Shown here: piece after piece, positions 1-11,600 of the stretch
Numbering within the stretch: the first letter of the stretch is position 1
Layout: each line of letters opens with the position of its first letter
Virus record (IMG/VR): IMGVR_UViG_3300032293_001730
Span: 1-64,000 of that record
Direction: 5' to 3' (one strand)
Origin: a virus
Length of the DNA stretch: 64,000 nucleotides
Notes under the pieces: generated by a model
Seen by the model: the letters and a program-made list of their open reading frames with translations, nothing else
Told to the model about the DNA's origin: nothing
The model's database searches: none
Position numbers and translations under genes: made by a program

Positions 1-59
1 GGCTTGCGTGAGCGCCCGCAAAATTTTGAGGTAGGGCTTTTCTGGCCCTGAATCAGCGA

Positions 60-536
60 ATGGGTCGGCCACCAGTCCCCACTGCACTCAAGCTCCTGCG
101 GGACAATCCGGGCAAGCGGCCGATCAACGATGCCGAGCCCACGCCGCCCCCAATCGACGCGACTCCGCCGGCCGGGCTCGAAGGCCTCGCGGTGGAGAAG
201 TGGCACGAGATGGTCTCGCTCTTGTCAGGCATGGGCGTGCTCTCCCAGGCGGATCGCCACGCTGTACAACGCTACTGCCTCATGTGGGAGCAGTGGTATA
301 ACCTCGAAGCCCACTGCCGTGAACACGGCTCGACTCAACTCACTTCGACCGGATACAGCCAAGTGACTGCGGAGGCCACGCTGGTGAAATCTCTCAGGAA
401 AGAACTCTTGGAGATTGAACGCCAGTTTGGAATGACACCGGCTGCCCGATCTTCCATGAAGGTGACCGGTGCCTCTGCCCCCCAAAATCCTCTTGCCGCG
501 TTTGCCGAAAGCCGACGCGGTCAAGCAGGGGCTTAA
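60..536 (+). CDS. terS: Terminase small subunit, P27 family
   Basis: N-terminal GRPPVPTALKLLRDNPGKR and C-terminal FGMTPAARS are typical of P27-family TerS; lies directly upstream of TerL. Confidence 0.9.
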   Translation: MGRPPVPTALKLLRDNPGKRPINDAEPTPPPIDATPPAGLEGLAVEKWHEMVSLLSGMGVLSQADRHAVQRYCLMWEQWYNLEAHCREHGSTQLTSTGYSQVTAEATLVKSLRKELLEIERQFGMTPAARSSMKVTGASAPQNPLAAFAESRRGQAGA

Positions 537-2144
537 ATACTACTTCGACGAAGACAAGGCCGCCCACGCGGTCGCGTTCTTCGAGCGGTTCCTCACGCAC
601 TCGAAGGGCCAGTTCGCCGGCCAGCCTTTTACGCTGCTCGACTGGCAGAAGAGCGACGTCATCGAGGAGCTTTTCGGATGGATGCGTGTCGACAACGACA
701 TGCGGAAGTACCGAGTCGGGTACATAGAGGTGCCTAAAAAAAATGGCGTCTTGGCCCCTGCGGCTGGTTGCCGTGGGGGCCAAGACGACAATGAGGCAAA
801 TCGACTCTTCTGTCCGGCATAGGCCTCTACACGATGGTCGCCGACGGCGAGCAAGCCGCTGAATGCTTCGGCTGTGCCACGTCGAGAGAGCAGGCTTCGA
901 TCGTCTACAAGCAGATGAAGGAGTTGGTCCAGGCCAGCCCATACCTGTCCGAGATGCTGGAGATCGTCGACTCCCGGAAGACGATCGCTTACGTTCCGAC
1001 GAACAGCTTCTGGAAGGTCATCTCCAGCGATGCCGGCCGGCAGGAGGGTTTGAACATCCACTCGCTGTGCTACGACGAGATTCACTCGGCCAAGGATCGC
1101 AAGCTCTGGGACGCGATCAGGTATGGCGGCATTTCCAGAAGCCAGAGCCTGATTCTGGCGATCACCACCGCTGGCGTGGACCGCAACTCGATCGGCTACG
1201 AACTGCATGACCACGCAATGAAATGCAGGCTCGACCCGAGCTATGACGAGCAGTTCTTCGCCTATGTAGCGGCCGCCGCGCCAGAGGATGACTACCGAGA
1301 CCCCGAGGTGTGGAAGGCGGCGAATCCATCCTGGGGCGTCACGATGGACGAGGAGAGCTTCCGCGCTGACGTCCGCGACGCCGAGCAGTCGAACTCCCGT
1401 CTTTCTGGATTCCTCAGGTACCGACTCAATGTCTGGACACAGGGCGACGGCAACAAATTCATCAAGCTCGATCAGTGGGACCGCTGCAAGGGCCTGTCTG
1501 GCAGCCTCGGCCTGGAGCGAGAGTGGTACGCCGGGCTCGATCTTGCTCAGACCTGGGACTGCAACGCATTCGTGGCGGTGAGCAAGGGTCCGGACGACGT
1601 ATTTGACGTGCTCTGCCGGTTCTGGATTCCCGGTGAGAACGCCGGTATCCGTTCGCAGAAGGACGGAGTCCCGTACACAACCTGGGCCAAGAACGAGTCG
1701 GTGGGCCTTACTCTCACGCCAGGGAACACCTGCGACTACTCGTTCATCAAGCGAGACATCCTCCAGTTCTGCAAAGAGCGAACTGTGCGGATGATCGCCG
1801 TCGATCCACACAACAGCCACTACCTCGTACAGCAACTTCAGGCGGAGGGCCTGAATGTGCAAGGATTTTCACAGTCGTTTGCCAGCATGAACCCCGGGAC
1901 GAAAGCGATCGAAAGTTTGATCGCCCAGGCCCGGCTGCGGACCAACGACAACCCTGTGCTGAATTGGATGGCCGGCAATGCGACGACGAAAGAAAACTCC
2001 GAGGGATACATCAAGGTCGTGAAGCCAAGCCCCATGAGTCCGCTGCGGGTCGACGGAATCGTCGCACTCATCATGGCGGTGTCGATTGCCAGCGACGCCG
2101 CCTCCGCCCCACCGACGCCTGAACCGGAGATTCTGATCCTATGA
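469..2144 (+). CDS. terL: Terminase large subunit in two frames (469-747 + 798-2144, ~541 aa if joined), interrupted in Walker A by a 50-nt hairpin gap
   Basis: 5' part has the adenine-binding region FTLLDWQ and YIEVPKKNG. 3' part continues GKSTLLSGIGLYTM, then Walker B CYDEIH, ITTAG, and nuclease motifs GLDLA and RVDGIVALIMA. Exact start codon uncertain. Confidence 0.9.
747..787 (+). other. 18-bp RNA hairpin filling the terL coding gap
   Basis: CGTCTTGGCCCCTGCGGC-TGGTT-GCCGTGGGGGCCAAGACG: 16 Watson-Crick pairs, 2 G-U pairs, 5-nt loop. Confidence 0.9.
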
Positions 2145-5100
2145 TCGAGGAAAACGCGGCGGTCAGCGACATTGTCTGGACACCGGCACGGGGTGAGAAC
2201 GAGCCCGACGTTCGCAGCATCTCGTGGAACAACATCCTCCTGTCGGACGAAGTCCACGGCGGGAAGTTTCTCACGTCCGCCGAGGTGCGGATCAATCCGG
2301 ACACGGCCCTTCAGTCGACTGTGTTCCTCGCAGCCTGCCGGATCATCAGCGAAACGGTGGCTGGATTGCCCCTTCTCGTCCATCGGCGTCTCAAGAACGG
2401 ACACGAAGAGATCGCGAGCGAGATTCCTCTCTCGCATGTCCTTGGATTCGCCCCCAACAGTTGGCAGACCAAGTTCGAGTTCTTCGAGCAGATGCTCATG
2501 GCCCTGACATGCTGGGGCAACAGCTACACCGAGGTGAAGTCTGGCAAGTACGGGAGCGTAACGGAACTCAACAACCTGCACCCGAGCCGAATGCGGATCG
2601 AGCGACTGGAGAACGGGCGTCTCAAGTACAGCTACAACGACCCGCAGACCGGCCGGATGATGCAGTACACGCAAGATCAGATCATGCACGTCCGCTGGAC
2701 GCCCGAGCCGGACGGCGTGAAGGGCATGGTGCCGGTCGAAGTGAGCCGCGACGCGATCGCGCTTGCTCGTGCGTGCGAAATCTACGCTTCAAAGTTCTGG
2801 GCAAACATGGGCCGCCCCGGCGTGGTGCTCCAAACGGACGGCGCGTTGTCCGCCGAGACCGCTGAGAGGCTCCGCGAGAATTGGGAGAGAATTCATCGCG
2901 GCGTCCAAAATGCTCATAGAACGGCCATCCTCACGAATGGACTCAAAATTGAGCCGTTCGGTGCGACAAATAATGATTCGCAATTTCTGGAGGTCCGGAG
3001 ATTTCAATGCGAAGAGATAGCTCGCTGCTTTCGGTTGCCGTTGCATTTGATTCAGGGGCAGTCAGGCGGCAACCTGGAGGTCCAAGGGCAAGAGTTCGTC
3101 AACTACACGCTGATGCCGTGGCTCACTCGCATCGAGCAGAGCATCAGCCGGTCGCTCATCTACGACGACGCGGTCTACTACGCCAAGTTTGACACGAAGG
3201 GGCTGCTCCGTGGCGACTCCGGGAGCCGCGCAAGCTGGTACTCGACCATGCTCAACCTGGGCGTGCTGTCGATTAACGACATTAGACGTGCCGAAGGGTA
3301 CGGTCCGCTCGGCCCTGAGGCCGACACGCACCTCGTGGCGATGAATTTGCAGCCTCTCGAAGAGGCTGTGAAGCCAAAACCGGACCCGTCGATGATGCCG
3401 GGCTTCGGTTCTGGTGCTCCGCCGAAGGCTCCGGGCGGTCCGCCGAGCCTCTCCGAGGTCAAAACAGGCAAGTCGCCGCTCGAATCTCCCAAGGGAGAGG
3501 ACTCGGCGAAGCAAAGGTCCGAGTCGAGGGAGCTTCTGCCGCAGGACGAGAAGCTCGAAGAGGCTCAGCAAGAGATCGCGGACGAGGACGGCAAGTGGAA
3601 CAAGACCGCCGCACACTACATCGAGAAGAATCCGTTCGCTTCCAGGGGCATCAAGTGCCACAACTGCACGCACTACTTCGAAGAAGGCGGCTGCAAGGTC
3701 GTCTCGGGCTCGATTAACGGCGATGCGATCTGCAAGTTGTGGGTGATCCCGACGGAAAAGATCGTGGATGGCCCTGAGCAGCGGGCATTTTGCCCAACGG
3801 GCGAGGGCGGCGGCGTGAAGAACGACTGCTCGCCGGCCGGGGGCAGCGAAGGCAAGCTGACGGCCTCCGAGGCTAGGGAAAAGTTTGAGCGATACAGGCC
3901 TTTCGTGTCAGTTGGTGACTCAAAAAACTCGGAAAACATTCGCGTCCCCCAGGACGAGGAGATTTCCGCTGCCCTCAAGGATGCGGACGTTCAGCAAAGC
4001 AAGATCGGCGCCAGCCGGAAGCTGCCGGATGGCACGCCGGTAGCTCTCCGCATCGACATACCTGCCTGGAATAAGTCGGAGGGCAAGACATACGTCGTTA
4101 CTGTCCATGAGGGCAAGAATCCAGAAGCAAAAAAGCCATTCGGCAGCGTACTTGGCTATGACTCCATGGCAATGCTGAGCGGTCCGGTGCGATTTTCTGC
4201 AAATGACGAAGACCGTGCCCAGCAAGTTGCCGAAGGAAAGAGCAAAACGCCTCTGGCGACTGTCAACGGAGCGTTTTCGGCAAGCAGAGACGTCCCTTCG
4301 GACATCGACTCGTGGACTCCCGTTGGGTACGACCCGCAGAAGGCCACTTATTTCTACGACAAGAGGACGGGCCAGGAAGTTGTGGGCGGAGTCGGCGCTC
4401 TGAGCGCTGGCAACACCGTCTTCACCCGCGAGCCGAAGTACGGAAACAGGAACGCGAAGACGCACTACCGCTCTCTTGAAGAGATGATGGCCGTCGACTC
4501 GTGGGGCCTTGAGTCTCGCGGGTTTTGCCCGACGGGCGAGGGCGGGGGCATCGACAACTCGTGTGGAGACAAGGACGGACAGGGCGGAGAAGACGGCAAT
4601 TCGTCTGATGGAAATGGTTCCAGCGGTGATTCGCCTTCAGACTGCCCGAAGCCATGCCACGATGTAGACGTCGAGGTAGACAAAAACCAGGACGGAGTGA
4701 CTGACAAGGCCCGCGTCGGCGTCCCGGCGATGGACGTGCCGCCACCACCGCCGATCCCCCGCATTCCAAACCTCGACGAGCGTGCTCGTGCAGTCGAAGA
4801 GTCGTTCATTGCTCACTACGAGGATGATCCCGAGGGCGTCGCGGGCCAGTTTCGCGAACTCGTGGGCTCGATGGGCGATCCGCCGACGTTCGGCACTGAC
4901 GACGCCAAGTGTTTGACCGATGCATGGAGCGATCCGGACCCCGAGTCACGAGCAGAGAACCGCGCGACGCTCAACACCTGCCTCCATCAGGCCGCAAACG
5001 CCATCGCTAAGCGAGCATTCCTCCAGCATCTCGACACGCTTAAAGAAGGCGACGAGATCATGGTGACGGTTGGCGGCTGCGGCGCAGGCAAGGGCTTCGC

Positions 5101-5608
5101 TCTCAAGAACAATCCGAAGGCCCTGGAGCAGAAGGGCAAGTCGAAGGCCGTGTGGGACTCCGCCGGCGACCAGAACGCGACTGAGAACCCGTGGATTCTC
5201 GCCGAGGCCGAGAAGCGAGGCCTCAAGGCGACGTTCGTGTATGTACACGCCGACCCAGAGAGGCAGTGGGCCGACCCTGAGCGTGGCGTTGTGAAGCGTG
5301 CGAGCGATCCGAAGGACGGCCGCATGGTCGACGCGAAGGTTTTCGCGGACAGCTATGCGATCGGAGCCAGGAACCACCACGCTTTCCATCAGGCCAACAA
5401 AGACAACGCCAGCGCATCGTTCGTGTTCCTCGATAACACGGGGAAGCCAAAGGAAGTCTCTGGTGTTCCGAAGGAAGCGCTCGCCTACGACTCGGCGAAG
5501 CTGGCCGAATTTGCTGAGCGAACGGTTGAAAAGTCATCGGCGCCGGACCGCGTGAAGACCGGCGCGTTGCAGGGCCGCAAGATTTGGGGCAAGGCGAAAA
5601 AGAAATGA
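2141..5608 (+). CDS. HK97-family portal with long C-terminal extension (Cys4 HiPIP-like module, unknown module, zeta-toxin-like P-loop kinase)
   Basis: First ~410 aa have HK97 portal motifs (TVFLAACRIISETVAGLPL, QFLEVRRFQCEEIARCFRLP, GVLSINDIRRAEG). Then KCHNC..C..CKLW, two RxFCPTG tags, and VTVGGCGAGKG..VYV..RA..GRMV. Confidence 0.88.
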   Translation: MIEENAAVSDIVWTPARGENEPDVRSISWNNILLSDEVHGGKFLTSAEVRINPDTALQSTVFLAACRIISETVAGLPLLVHRRLKNGHEEIASEIPLSHVLGFAPNSWQTKFEFFEQMLMALTCWGNSYTEVKSGKYGSVTELNNLHPSRMRIERLENGRLKYSYNDPQTGRMMQYTQDQIMHVRWTPEPDGVKGMVPVEVSRDAIALARACEIYASKFWANMGRPGVVLQTDGALSAETAERLRENWERIHRGVQNAHRTAILTNGLKIEPFGATNNDSQFLEVRRFQCEEIARCFRLPLHLIQGQSGGNLEVQGQEFVNYTLMPWLTRIEQSISRSLIYDDAVYYAKFDTKGLLRGDSGSRASWYSTMLNLGVLSINDIRRAEGYGPLGPEADTHLVAMNLQPLEEAVKPKPDPSMMPGFGSGAPPKAPGGPPSLSEVKTGKSPLESPKGEDSAKQRSESRELLPQDEKLEEAQQEIADEDGKWNKTAAHYIEKNPFASRGIKCHNCTHYFEEGGCKVVSGSINGDAICKLWVIPTEKIVDGPEQRAFCPTGEGGGVKNDCSPAGGSEGKLTASEAREKFERYRPFVSVGDSKNSENIRVPQDEEISAALKDADVQQSKIGASRKLPDGTPVALRIDIPAWNKSEGKTYVVTVHEGKNPEAKKPFGSVLGYDSMAMLSGPVRFSANDEDRAQQVAEGKSKTPLATVNGAFSASRDVPSDIDSWTPVGYDPQKATYFYDKRTGQEVVGGVGALSAGNTVFTREPKYGNRNAKTHYRSLEEMMAVDSWGLESRGFCPTGEGGGIDNSCGDKDGQGGEDGNSSDGNGSSGDSPSDCPKPCHDVDVEVDKNQDGVTDKARVGVPAMDVPPPPPIPRIPNLDERARAVEESFIAHYEDDPEGVAGQFRELVGSMGDPPTFGTDDAKCLTDAWSDPDPESRAENRATLNTCLHQAANAIAKRAFLQHLDTLKEGDEIMVTVGGCGAGKGFALKNNPKALEQKGKSKAVWDSAGDQNATENPWILAEAEKRGLKATFVYVHADPERQWADPERGVVKRASDPKDGRMVDAKVFADSYAIGARNHHAFHQANKDNASASFVFLDNTGKPKEVSGVPKEALAYDSAKLAEFAERTVEKSSAPDRVKTGALQGRKIWGKAKKK

Positions 5609-8600
5609 GCAAAGCATCCGAGCGGGCGACGGAATTGATCGAGGAGATCAAGAAAGCGGCCGGGATCGGCGACGGCCTCGTCGAGTGGTGGGCCGAGGAC
5701 GCCGATCGCGTCAACAAGATGGCCGAGAAGGCCAGGAAGTTCGCCGCCAAGGTGACGAAGGCCGGCAAAGAGGGCCGTGCCTACTGCCCGACCGGCAAGG
5801 GCGGTGGAGTCGACAATTCGTGCGGGGCCAAGCAGATGATGGCCCCGGACAAGGACGGGGGCGGCGGGGCTGGCGGAGGAAAGCCAGATGAATCCAAGAA
5901 GAGTGAGCCACTCACTCCGCAAAACATTCCGCAGGTGAACTTCAGGACTTCGGAAGTCTCGCATTCTGAGTTCATGGCATCGCGAGACAAGTCCACTCGG
6001 AAGCACAATTTCTCTGAGATTTCCGAGGAGAAGTTCGCCGAGTCTCAGATTTTTTTATCTTCCGACGGTACGGCCGGATGCCTCGTAGACAAAGACGGAG
6101 ACTTGGGAAACGTCTTCAACAACGACGGCCCCAAGAGGGCCGGCTCGGCGGCCGTCATCGAGGCGATCAAATCAGGCGCAAAAACGCTCGACTGCTACGA
6201 AGGTCATTTGACGACGCTATACTCTCAGTTGGGGTTCGTGCCCGTGGCGAAGCTCAGGTTCGTCGACGAGTACGCTCCCCCGGACTGGGACTACGAAAAG
6301 AACAAGAGGCCTGACGTCGTCGTCATGGCCTACCAAGGCGGCGATCGGCAGACGATTCAGAGTCGCGCTGGAACCTTCCCTCCCTACACAGCCCTTCCTG
6401 ACTCCGAGTACACAGATGACTTCGACGCGGCAAAAAGAACTGCAAGACTGGCGAGCGACTCTCACGAAGGACGAAGATCAGTACGTCGAGATGCTGATCA
6501 GCGTGAAGGGAGAGGAGTACGTCCTAGAGACGCTCGACTTCCTCAAGGATCAGTTGGAGACCGCGAGAACTCTCTAGAGTCTCGCGACGACTGCGTCCGC
6601 GATCCGAGCGGGAGATTCGGCGAAGGAAACAAGTGCCAGGAAGGCGCCGGAACAGGCGTCGAGGGGCAAGGCGTTCCTCGCGTTGTGGTCAACGTGGCGC
6701 AGCAAGCGATCTCATCGCCCTCAACAGCGAGGAGCGATGACGGAAAGTCGATCGTCAGTTCTTCTGTTGGCTCTCGCGAAGACGGGACGATCTATAAGTT
6801 CGGCGGCCGCGAGTATGTCAGCACGACAGCCGCCGGAAAGTATCTCGCGGACAGGCAGGCCGAGTCTCGTGGCCCGGCGATCGACTCCGCGAAACCCCTC
6901 GGCGACAAAGACCGCGAGTACGTCGCTGAATCACATGTAGCGCAAATACAAGCCGCCGCCGGCCGGGGCATCAAGCCAGTCTTCTACACGCCAGAAGAGC
7001 GACAGCGGCAGATTGACGAGTTCTCCAGGATTGAGCCTCGCATCAACGGGGGCAGGACAAAGGCTGGCTTCGAGGTCAGCCCTGAGAACGCGGAGTTTCT
7101 GTTCCGTGCCGTGCAGGCTTTGACAAGCTCAAACGCCAGTCCGTTCGCAAACATGCAGCGAACGGACTCCGTGCTGTCGAAGGTATTCGACGGCGACGGC
7201 CGAGTCTCGACTTCGACATCGTTCGGCGTTACCGGCGCAGCGATCAAGTCCTCACTGTCTCGCCTACAGGGGGTGATTGACACGCTCGGAAAGCGACCGG
7301 ACGGCTCAATTGATCCAGCTATGGGCCTAGACAAGACTCGCGACCTATTCACCGGCACAAAAATGCGAGCCGGCGATTTCGACAAGTTTTTTAGGGAGGA
7401 GTTCAAAGGCGAAGGGCCAAGCGTCAAATCATGGAAGCCGGGGAGCTTCCTTGTGGACCAGGAAGTACCTCTCTTCTGCACGTTCGGCCCAAAGTTCGGG
7501 TGCTTCTTCGCGAACAACACCGGCGACTCTGCGCCACTCACGGCCGACATCTGGGCGACTAGGACCTGGGGCAGGATCACCGGAGAGCTTGTGCAGGAAG
7601 CTAAGGCCGGAAAGGCTAAGGACCACGCCAATGAAACGCTGCGAGTGATCAAGGGCGCTAACGCCCAGCAATTGCATGGCGTTGACGGAAACCAGCTTGT
7701 CGACTCCCTGAAAAAAATGTCCGCCACTGGCGAGATCGACGACACCGTTCGTGCGTGGTCGAGCGCTCGGCTGCGGCACTATGCTTCGACTGACTACTCG
7801 GAGAAGCGTGGCACGGCCGGGAAGCTAAATAAGCTCGCCAAGAACATTGTTGAGAACGACACGTCGCTCATGGGCGACCCAGGCAGCGGCAAGCGACGCG
7901 CGAACATGATCGACGTCTACGACTCGATCAGCAAGGCTACCGGGCTTCCGGTCGCGTACGCGCAAGACGTCCTCTGGCAAGACGAGCAAGACGCCTACGC
8001 AGCACTCGGTGCCAAGACGGCAACAGAACAAGGCAAGCTGTCCTTCTACTCTGATCAGATCAGGAAAATTGCCGAAGACCAGTCAAATCGCATTGCCCGT
8101 GCAAAGAAAGAGCGACGCAACGAGTCGCAGCAAACCACCGGCGACTACGACGACTACGAGACGGGCGGCCGCGAGAACCTCTTGTACTGGGAGATGATCA
8201 GCCACCTGTCCGACGAGCAGTTCGTGAAAATCCTTCTCGACATCGAAGGACGCACTTCGGAGCGAAGGGCATTTTGCCCGACGGGCGAAGGCGGCGGCGT
8301 CGACAACTCGTGCTCGACGGACGATTCGCCCGGCGATGCGGGAGAGGGCGGCGGGGGCGATGCCGGTGGCTCCGGTCCCGAGATCAACATCGGCGACAAG
8401 CGAGAGGAAATCGACCGTCGCCTGGATTCGATGGGCGTCGTCGAGGATGACGTTGTCAGCATGGCAGGCGGCGCGTCCGACGGGACGTATGTCTTCATGC
8501 GTCGGGACCATGACCACGAAGGCGGCGACGGCCTGCATGTCGAGACCACGCGAGACGTGGCCGGCGTGAAGGGTGGCCTATTCAGCCAGTCTGTCATTTA

Positions 8601-11600
8601 CAACGCAGGGCCTGCCGAAGACCCGGAGATTGTCGTCGATCACAAGCTGATGGACGTGAAGACGGACGTGAGCCGCGACCCGGAGAAGCGGCACGCAGCC
8701 GCTCGCGAGTTCTTCCGGATTATGACGGGGAGCGTCGAGGCCTCGATCAAGCAAGGCGTCTCGAAGGTTACGCTCAACGCGGCGGGTGATCCACGGCAGG
8801 CCCGAGATGGCATGTTCAAGGGCTACACCATCTGGCCTCGCATGGGATTCGACGCCCCGATTCCTTTTCATGTTCGCAACAAGCTGCCCGAGACTCTCTC
8901 GCACTGCCGCAGCTTGATCGACCTACACGCGACACCCGAAGGCACGAGGTGGTGGCGAGACAACGGCACGGACCTCGACGTTCAGCTTGACCTGACTAGG
9001 CCCGACAGCCCGCAGATGCAGATTTTCGGCAAGTTCGTCCGGCACTTTGAGCGAAGCCGCCGCGAGCTTGCTGTTGGCGAGGGCCTCGACTGGCTGTCCC
9101 CGGAGGACACCGCCAAGCTCGAAGAGTTGTGGGAAGAGATTTGGGACGACGGGCTGCTCGACGACTACGAGGGCGAATCAGAAGATTTCTCGACTCTTGA
9201 GAAGAGAGCATTCTGCCCCACCGGCGAAGGCGGCGGGATCAAGAACGACTGCTCGGCGTCGGATGGCGGCGGCTCTTCGGTAAAGGAACTGGACAACTCC
9301 TGGGAAGACTCGGAAGAGATTGTCGCGGTGTACGAGGGCAAGGACCTCGAAAGACGCCCGCCGATCGAGGGCGCTGAAAAGCTGCGATCCCTTGCAATCG
9401 AGAGCCCGGTCGACATGAAGTCTGCCCTGGACGAGATGGGAGTTTCGCTGTCGGACGCCGTGACCATGTGCGCGGCGCCGTCCGAGGGCACGACAGTCAT
9501 CGTGTCTCCCGAGCATCCATACGATTCGATGGGGCTGGGGACACCGGGCGAAGAGAGCAAGGCCGTTGCGTTCGTGATGACCACGAAGGACGTGTCTGGC
9601 ATCAAAGACGCCCTCGACAGTAACTCGTCTCTGAGAAAAACCAGCGACGGCGAGCTTGTCCTTGAGTATCACGCGTTCCACGCATCGGCAGAGGCCCAAG
9701 AGAAAGCCGCCGTCGCATGCGCGAAGGAAGTGATCGGCGGCGTTATCAAGAGCGTGTCGCTCGCCGAGAAGAGCGGCGTCTCCGAGATTCGCCTCGATGC
9801 CGCCGGCAGCAAAGACAGCGAGGCGTTCAAGGGCTACCGAATGTGGCCGAAGTTCGGCTTCGACGGCGTGATCCCGAGGAAGATGCTCACCCGGCTTCGA
9901 GAAGCCGATCTTTCGCCACGGGCCGTCGCCGAGAAGCGGGCCGGCAAGCTGACGATCCAGGCCTTGTACGAAACGAAGGCCGGGCAGAAGTATTGGGAGG
10001 ATCGGGGACAGGAAATCCCAATGTGGCTCCGCCCAGGCGACCAGAGCACTCCCGGCTGGGAGCGTTTCAAGGCGTATCGGCAACGGCTCGGCAAGCTCGC
10101 CGAGAACCGGAGCTTTGAGGCCGGCGACGAAATCTTCTCTGACGAAGAACTGAAGAAGCTCGAAGAGTTGTGGGAAGAGTTTCGTAAGGAGTCCGGCGAG
10201 AAGCGAGGCTTCTGCGCGACGGGCGAGGGCGGTGGCATCGACAATTCGTGCGGCTCCGACGGCAAGGCGTCTCCTCCGCCTGTCGAGCCTGCCGGCCTTG
10301 ATGTAGCCATGCCATCCAAGAACGGATGGAAGAGCCAAGAGGCGGTTGTTTATTGGGACAAAAATTCGCTGAGCGGGTCAGTCAGTCCGTCGAAGTTACT
10401 GAAGGCCGCCAACTCTTTCACCGTCGTTGACGGGGCAGAGCTTAGCGGTGTTCTCAAGAACACAGGCATCTCGCTTGACGATGCCATTCGCGTCATGGCC
10501 TCGTCGGACGATGACGTGAACATCATCGCCACCGCCGGCGACACGGCCTACGCGATGGGTCGAATGAGCGGCGAAGGCGGCGGCGTAGCCAGCGACAGTG
10601 AGTTCACTGTCGTTTCGAGGAAGGACGTCGACGGCGTGACCAACGCGATCACCGTCACTACTTCCATGAAGAGGCACGAGTCCGGCGAGCTTGAGTTGAA
10701 GTACACGCTTTTAGACGTGTCTCCGGAGGTAAAGGAAAACTCCCGAATCTCGATCGCTCGCCAAATGATGACGTCTGTCACTGCCAGCATCGCCGCCGCC
10801 GAAGAGGTCGGCGTCGACACCATCACGATGCGTGCCGCAGGCGACGCGAGCAACGATCGGTACAAGGGCTACAGAATCTGGCCGCGACTGGGGTTCGACG
10901 GAGAGATTCCCCGAAATCTTGTGACGCGAACGTGGTCCCCGATGAAGGGCGTGTTCAACAGCTACGGCGACAAGATTCCAGACTCTGTTCTCTCTCCCAA
11001 GGCGAGGCAGGAGAAGGCCGGCGGGAAGCTCACCATCCAGTCGCTGTACGAGACAAAAGAAGGACAGCGGTGGTGGGAGAAGTACGGCGGCGGCATGTCT
11101 ATGTCGCTCAGCGTAAGCGACAAGGAGAGCCAGGGCTGGAAGGTCTACTCGAAGGTTCGAGAGCGTTTCGGCAAGTCGTCGCGTGACCTGCTCTCGGCCA
11201 TCGCGGAAGCGTGGATCGAGCGTCGGGCATTTTGCCCAACGGGCGAGGGCAACGGCATCGACAACTCGTGCTCCCCGAAGATGGCCGCCGACAAGGATGG
11301 CGGAGGCGGCGGATCAGCAACGTCATCGCGTTGGGGCGGCGACGAAGCCAACTGGGGGACGTCGAGCGGAACCGAGATTTGGACTCCTGGCAAGCCTCTG
11401 TTCGCGGGCTCTGAGTCGCTCGCGGCCATCAAGATTCACAAGCCAGACGACATCCGCCAGCGGATCGTGGATGGTCTTGGGATGACGGTAGCAGAGGCCG
11501 TGCTGGCGTCGGGCCCCATCAAGGAAGCTGCCGATCGCGCGAGCATCACGCGGCCACGCCTTGAGATCATTCCGCAGCAATTCGGAGACGGCATCGAGAT

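Noticed and set aside
1-59. cos site at the window start
   Set aside because: The position before a P27-type terS is compatible, but no end sequence can be defined from this window.
736-794. Simple -1 frameshift or homopolymer sequencing error at the A8 run explaining split terL
   Set aside because: The -1 frame stops at TGA 792-794, and any such fix would leave ~16 extra residues within the P-loop.
745-797. Group I/II intron or intein in terL
   Set aside because: Only 50 nt, a single hairpin, not a multiple of three, and no catalytic core.
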